Source: Mobula hypostoma (lineage: Eukaryota). Taken from it: a stretch of 64,000 nt of DNA. Below are positions 59,741 to 64,000 of this stretch, piece after piece (the stretch's first letter is position 1; the number at the start of each line of letters is the position of its first letter). The DNA is taken from positions 153,948,001 through 154,012,000 of the forward strand of contig NC_086097.1 in the NCBI RefSeq assembly GCF_963921235.1. Direction: 5' to 3'. The notes below the pieces were generated by a model. It worked only from the letters and a program-made list of their open reading frames with translations, made no database searches and had not been told where the DNA came from. The translations under genes were made by a program, and so were the position numbers.

Positions 59741-60435
59741 CATAGAATACTACAGCACAGAATCAGGCCCTTTAGCCCATCTAGTCCATGCTAAGCTATT
59801 AATCTGACTTGTCCCATCAACCTCCACATGGGCCATAACTCTCCATACTCTTTCCATTTATGTACCTATTCAAACTTCTCTTACATATTGAAATCAAACC
59901 TGCATTCACCACTTCTGCAGGCAGCTCGTTCCACAATCTCATCACCCTCTGAGAAAAGAGGTCCCCCTCATGGTCTCCTTAAACATTCCACCTTTCTCCC
60001 TTAAGCCATTACCTCTAGTTCTAGTTTCACTTGATCTCAGTGGAAAATGCCTGCTTACACTCATCAAAAGTCTTAAGTGGCTATGATATCATAATTTTAC
60101 ATGTTGACCCATGCTCTAAGCTCATTTGCCTTGCCTACAATACCTTGCATTGAATAGATGCAACTGAGAACATTATTCCCACAATGCTCCACCTTCAGGT
60201 TTCTTTGTATGTAGGCTTAACGTCTATTTTCCCCACGGCCATTCCACTGGCACATTATTTTCTCACAGGCTATACCTTCTATGTACTTCTTTCTATTTCT
60301 TAAGCGGGGCCTTAATATCCTAGGAAAAACAAAGTTCCCTAAACCTTTCAGCCTTGTCTTTTATTCTAATAGGAACATACAAATTTTGTACTCCCAATAT
60401 TTCATTTTTGAATGCCTCCCATTTACTATGCAGTC
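59741..60435 (-). mobile_element. CR1 remnant with nearly all of ORF2 deleted
   Basis: 3' tail catagaatactacagcacag; the ORF2 end joins at ~60070 to the ORF2 start (GKANELRAWV..YDIIA). Confidence 0.7.
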
Positions 60436-60473
60436 CTTTGCCAGAAAACACCCTGCTCCAATGCATAGCAGCT

Positions 60474-61490
60474 GTTGTGTCTGTGCACAACTACATATAT
60501 ATTAAATAAAAGCGCACACACACACAGGTGATGGCTTTTAACTGGTGTATTCACGTTGCAGCGAGAGGGAGAGAGAACAGTACACATTGATAGACAACAG
60601 CACATGTGCAGACAATAAATCAATACGTAGTGCTAAGGGGGAGGGAGTCATTGCTCTAAAAGAAATAGAGATTCTTCTTCCTTTAGATTAGTGCACCATA
60701 GAAGTGTATATGTACAAAACATTTAATTTCCCCTTCATAAACCCATATTCCAAATAATCATGCTTTCACAATAACAGTCCGTAAGAACTTCACAGTTCTA
60801 AAGGTTCAGTCTTTTGGATGGCACTCTGTTTCTTTCAGGATAGTGCCTCTGAACCTGTGGAGTGACATCAGGTTTGGTAGGTGTCTTGTTGAGGACAATG
60901 ATCTCGGTTTCAGGTGTCAGGTTGCTGTCAGTGGCATGATCATCACTGAAAGGTAAGTCCGGTGACTGTAATGTATCTGTCTTGTTGGATGCAGTCAACT
61001 CAGGTGTGTTCCTCAGCTGAGCATCCAGTATCTGGTCCACATGACATTTCCATGCCTGATTTGAGTGGCAGTCTAGTTGGATTTTTCTCAACCATCACTG
61101 AGGTCTTCCCTAATAGTATCTTAGAAAACAGTCTATTGTAGTCAGTCTCTGGGATTATGGACAAAGCTGATCCGGTATCCAGCTCCAAGTTCAGTTTTAC
61201 ACCAGGTACATCTATTGTCATCCAAATGATTTTGTGATCTGCTTCAGTAATGCTATGTAGTTCTAGGCATGACAGTTCACCTTTGTCAGACTCTATATTG
61301 TCTGATTCTGTTTTACATTTGGTAACTTTATGCATTTGCTTAGTTTTGTGTTTGAGACTTATCACTCGGCTGTGCTTTCCATCCTCCTTACATACTCTCT
61401 CCATGTGACCTCGTCTGTGACACATTTTCTTTGAACCAACAGTCATTTGTATCATGGGAGGATTTACCACCTCAAAAACATTTTTGGCTT
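60474..61490 (-). mobile_element. Heavily deleted Gypsy LTR element remnant
   Basis: CHRRGHMERVC knuckle remnant, LELDTGS protease, WKCHVDQI and RHYPERNRVPSKRLNL integrase tail, purine tract at ~60730, and LTR-like sequence ~60474-60715. Confidence 0.75.
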
Positions 61491-61764
61491 TCTGCACCAT
61501 TCAGGGATATTTTGTGCATTTCACATCCTAACTTTTTTTTCTGTAGTTTTTTGTTTTACCATTTTGGCACCTCACACACAGATATGTCTAGTACTGCTAC
61601 AAGAATGTCCTTCAGCATACCTTATGGATCAGGGGTAAAATTCCAGTATAATTATACAGGTTGGTTCTGTGTTGTTTGGATTTTAAAGGAATAAGCAGTG
61701 ATCTGATCAAGGCATGCATCATACAAGAGGGGCTTGACAGGGTAGATATCAAGATGTTTTCACT

Positions 61765-63490
61765 AGTCAAGTCAAGTTTATTGTCATTTAACTCTATACA
61801 TATATTTAACATATATAACCATATGTATATCAAAACAAGATGTTTCTTCAAACTAGATTTTAAAGCACAGTAGTATACATACACATAATGCAGAGTAACT
61901 TATGAAGTATGAATAAAATCTACGGATCAATCACATAAATAACAAACCAAAGTGCATTAATTTTAAACATTGGAAGGTACAGAACAGATTAACCTGTGAC
62001 ACTTTGAATATGATGCGACTGGGAATTCAGAAGCCAAATGGTGTGGAGGAAGACCCTGTTTCTCATTCTGACCATTCTTGTTTTTATACATTGTAGTCTC
62101 CTGTGTGATGGTAGAAAGTCAAAGAAGATGCTAGATCAATGGGTGGGACCCTTAATAACACAAGAGCCTTGCATACGCAGTGCTCCTGATAAATGTTCCC
62201 AATGGATGGTAGAGAGACTCCTATGATCCTCTCAACTTTTCTCCCAGTCCTTTGTAGGGATTTCCGGTCCAATGCTGGACTGCACCCATACCAGATGGAG
62301 ACACAACTTCTCAGGACGCTCTCAATGGTGCTTCTGTAAGATGCTTCAGTTAAGATGACAGGGTGCCTTGTTTGCCTCAATCTTCTTAGGAAGTGGAGGC
62401 ACTACTGTGCCGCCTTGTTCAGGGAGGTAATATTAAGGGACCAGGTGAGGTCATCCATGAGATGAACTCCCAGGAATGGTGCACTTAACTCTTTCTACGA
62501 AGGAGCTGTGTATTTGCAGAGAGAGATGGTTTGTCTGCACCTTACTGAAGTCCACAATGATTTCCCTTGTCGTCTCCATGCTCAGGCTTACGTTGTTCTT
62601 CCCACACCGATCCACCAGCCGCTTCACTTCCTCTCCATACGCCGTCTCGTCATTGTTCTTGATAATCCCAATCACTGTTGTCATCTGCCAAATTGATGAC
62701 GTGGTCTGAGCTGGATCCTGCGATACAGTCACATGTCAGCAGCGTGAACAGCAGTGGGATGAGCACACAGCCCTGGGGAGCACCACTGCTCAGCGTAATG
62801 GGTCTAGAGACATTGCTGCCCACACGGACTGACTGTGGCCTTTCTGTTAAGAAGTTCAGTATCCAGTTGCAGAGGGAGGTGTTGAGACCCAGAGAGGACA
62901 TTTTCCCTACCATTTTCTGGGGTATGATGGTGTTGAATGCTGAACAGAAGTCAAAAAACAGCAGACTGGCATATGAGACCCCATTTTCCAAGTAGGACAA
63001 GACAGAGTGGAGGGCAGAGGCTATTGCATCATCAGTGGATCTACCTGAGTGATAAGTGAACTGGAAAGTGTCCAGTGAAAGGCTTCAATATTTCCATGAC
63101 CAGCCACTCAAATTACTTCATAATGGTTGATGTTAATGCCACCGGATGATAGTCGCTTAGGCAGGTTACTGTTGCCTCCTTTGACACTGCAATGATGATT
63201 GCTACCTTGAAAACCAAGGGTCTGTGGATTGTTCCAGAGAGATGTTGAATGTATCCATTAACACCACCATCAGCTGGGTTGCACAGTCTTTCAGAATTCA
63301 ATAAGCTCAGCAGCTTTGTATGGGTGTTCCTCCCTCGGCTTCAGCCACTTGAGTGTCTGCTCCCCTGGGGGGAGGGGTGCCTCCCTCGCATTAAGCCAAG
63401 TATTGACATTCAGCCTCTCGGGGAGTGAAGCTTCCTGATCGCTGACTAGTGGGGAAAATCCTGACAGAGGGACAACATAAATGCCAATCA
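61765..63490 (-). mobile_element. Rex/Babar LINE, RT region to 3' end
   Basis: [44 protein letters not shown], and a (CTTGA)n tail. Confidence 0.9.
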
Positions 63491-63529
63491 CTCAAAATTG
63501 AAGTACATTCTACGGAATGTACTTCAATT

Positions 63530-63762
63530 GAAATTTTTTTCTCACAAAAGGTGGTGACCGTCTGGAATGTTCTGCCCTGGAAAATTGTGAGGCCAAATTG
63601 TTAAAACTATTTAAAGTAAAAGTAGGCAATTTTTTTGTTAAGCTTTGGAATTCTGGAATGAAAGAGAAGTTTTAGGTCTGGTGGAGATCAGCCATGATCA
63701 TTTTGATTTGCAGGGTAGACTTGAGGGATTAGGTGACCTGCTCATATCCCTAGTGTTCCTTG
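63530..63762 (+). mobile_element. Old CR1 3' fragment
   Basis: FFSQKVVTVWNVLP and a gatcagccatgatc tail motif. Confidence 0.65.
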
Positions 63763-64000
63763 ACAGTTTGAAACACTAACTGAAGTAATACACCTACATC
63801 AAAATTAGGGACAAGTTTAAAGTTACAATCTGTGCCTAAAATTTAGACATCTGTGTGTAGTGCCTGCAGGCGCTCAGGCATTGCTGCTTACTAAGGCAAA
63901 AACATGCAGCAACACCAAAAGAACATTTGTTAATGCAGGTGGTACCTTGCAAATAACAGCAGTGGCTTTACAACAATGTATCAAAATTTATATCATATGA

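Overview
Repeat-rich eukaryotic DNA, inferred from its transposon content to be from a cartilaginous fish, probably a ray or skate. That content includes CR1, Rex/Babar, L2, RTE, I/Nimb, Penelope-like elements, Sushi- and Gmr1-like Gypsy elements, Tc1 derivatives and tRNA-derived SINEs. I see no intact host gene, no CRISPR array and no rRNA or tRNA gene. Every long ORF in the supplied track is transposon-derived or spurious. The main hidden signal lies in the unique DNA between the repeats: more than 20 degraded minus-strand exons, many with recognisable splice sites and matching phases. Their translations line up in order along the inositol 1,4,5-trisphosphate receptor (ITPR/IP3R), from the IP3-binding/first RIH region (~53-59 kb) through the second RIH domain to the RIH-associated domain (~0.2-1.4 kb). 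The gene carries many stops and frameshifts, and several exons are split by transposon insertions, so it is a pseudogene. Its low similarity to the very conserved ITPR1-3 suggests a separate, divergent IP3R/RyR-superfamily paralogue. The ITPR1 comparisons were made by eye from recalled sequence and need an HMM or BLAST check. Other notable items: a five-level nested transposon stack (~20-38 kb) apparently inside one exon; a very young non-autonomous Gmr1-like LTR element with a 950-aa in-frame deletion-fusion ORF; and Penelope-derived hairpin elements carrying minimal hammerhead ribozyme cores.
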